Source of the DNA: Squalus acanthias
Taxonomy: Eukaryota
Length of the DNA: 64,000 nucleotides
Assembly: GCA_030390025.1 (NCBI GenBank)
Contig: CM059431.1
Coordinates: 118,980,001 to 119,044,000, forward strand
Direction: 5' to 3'
The notes under the pieces were generated by a model, which saw nothing but the letters and a program-made list of their open reading frames with translations, made no database searches and was not told the origin of the DNA. Position 1 is the first letter of the stretch; each line of letters starts with the position of its first letter. The translations under genes and the position numbers were made by a program. This document shows positions 63,222 through 64,000 of the stretch, in pieces.

Positions 63222-63375
63222 TGCATGTGCATTAGGGGATGGGAGTTTTATGACAGCAAAATATAATGCTGCCATCCTGCCCAAGTTGGCGAACTTCACA
63301 TTTCGAGAAGACTTGGGCAGGATGGCAGCATTATATTTTGCTGTCATAAAACTCCCATCCCCTAATGCACATGCA
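63222..63375. repeat. Perfect inverted repeat (65-bp arms, 24-bp spacer)
   Basis: 63222-63286 is the exact reverse complement of 63311-63375. Confidence 0.95.
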
Positions 63376-63954
63376 CGAAAGTTGCCTTCTTGCTAAGTTC
63401 TTCCATCATGGCCGCAAGGTTTCCACTTAGCACATTTGTATTGTGCTTACAGGAGAGTCAAGAAACTTGTTTCCTGTCCGTTAAGGTGCTAACCTGTGAT
63501 AATCATTACTCTGCTGCGATTGATTTCAAATGGTTCATTGAACTTGAAGAAATAGTGGGTGCTGTGGGGACGGAGAGACCAAACTTCATTATCTCCACTT
63601 GTTTACAAATTCTTGACTATTAGGTTTGCCAGAGAGCCAAACATGTGTTCCTTTAGAGAGTGGAAAACATGGGGAAACATTTATTTAAAAAAAGGAAACC
63701 TCATAAAATAAGAAAAAAGTTACTTGTCCATAACGTGTAGATGTAATGATCATGAATAGGAAACTGACATGTTTATCAGCAATTCACTTGGGAAGTGGTT
63801 CGATTGCTGAGCAAATTATGTAAAATTCTAATTACTTTTATTGGCAAGCACATACAATTTTTAAAGTTTAATTTTAGATTTACCTAGAAAACAGCACTAA
63901 ATTAATCAAAATGAACTCTGATGGTCATCTGCACCACACCTCAAGAAGGATCTA

Positions 63955-64000
63955 TTGACCTTGGAGAGGGTGCAGCAGATTCACCAGAATGATACCGGGG
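63955..64000 (+). mobile_element. CR1 fragment at the window edge
   Basis: ttggagagggtgcagcagattcaccagaatgatacc corresponds to the LERVQ..FTRMIP motif. Confidence 0.55.

Overview
Eukaryotic vertebrate DNA, most likely from a cartilaginous fish (inferred from HE1/V-SINE-like and Deu-domain SINEs plus abundant CR1 and L2 LINEs). The only host gene is a minus-strand SLITRK1-like gene (~688 aa). Its coding sequence is unexpectedly split by a 796-bp GT-AG intron (38471-39266) that is flanked by a near-perfect 9-bp direct repeat and carries two CTCF-like motifs. The gene sits in a TE-poor zone (~35.4-43.6 kb). The rest of the window is nested transposons: a nearly intact two-gene PIF/Harbinger element (2349-6835), three decayed or deleted Harbingers, about ten non-autonomous Harbinger-type elements (GG..ATTT ends, mostly A-N-T TSDs) most of which carry consensus MAG|GTAAGT splice donors, several CR1 and L2 LINEs, SINEs, a solo LTR and a C-rich higher-order tandem repeat. 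Four local templated duplications are also present (two hairpins, one inverted junction copy, one direct copy). Coordinates were counted by eye; family names rest on recalled motifs, not database searches.
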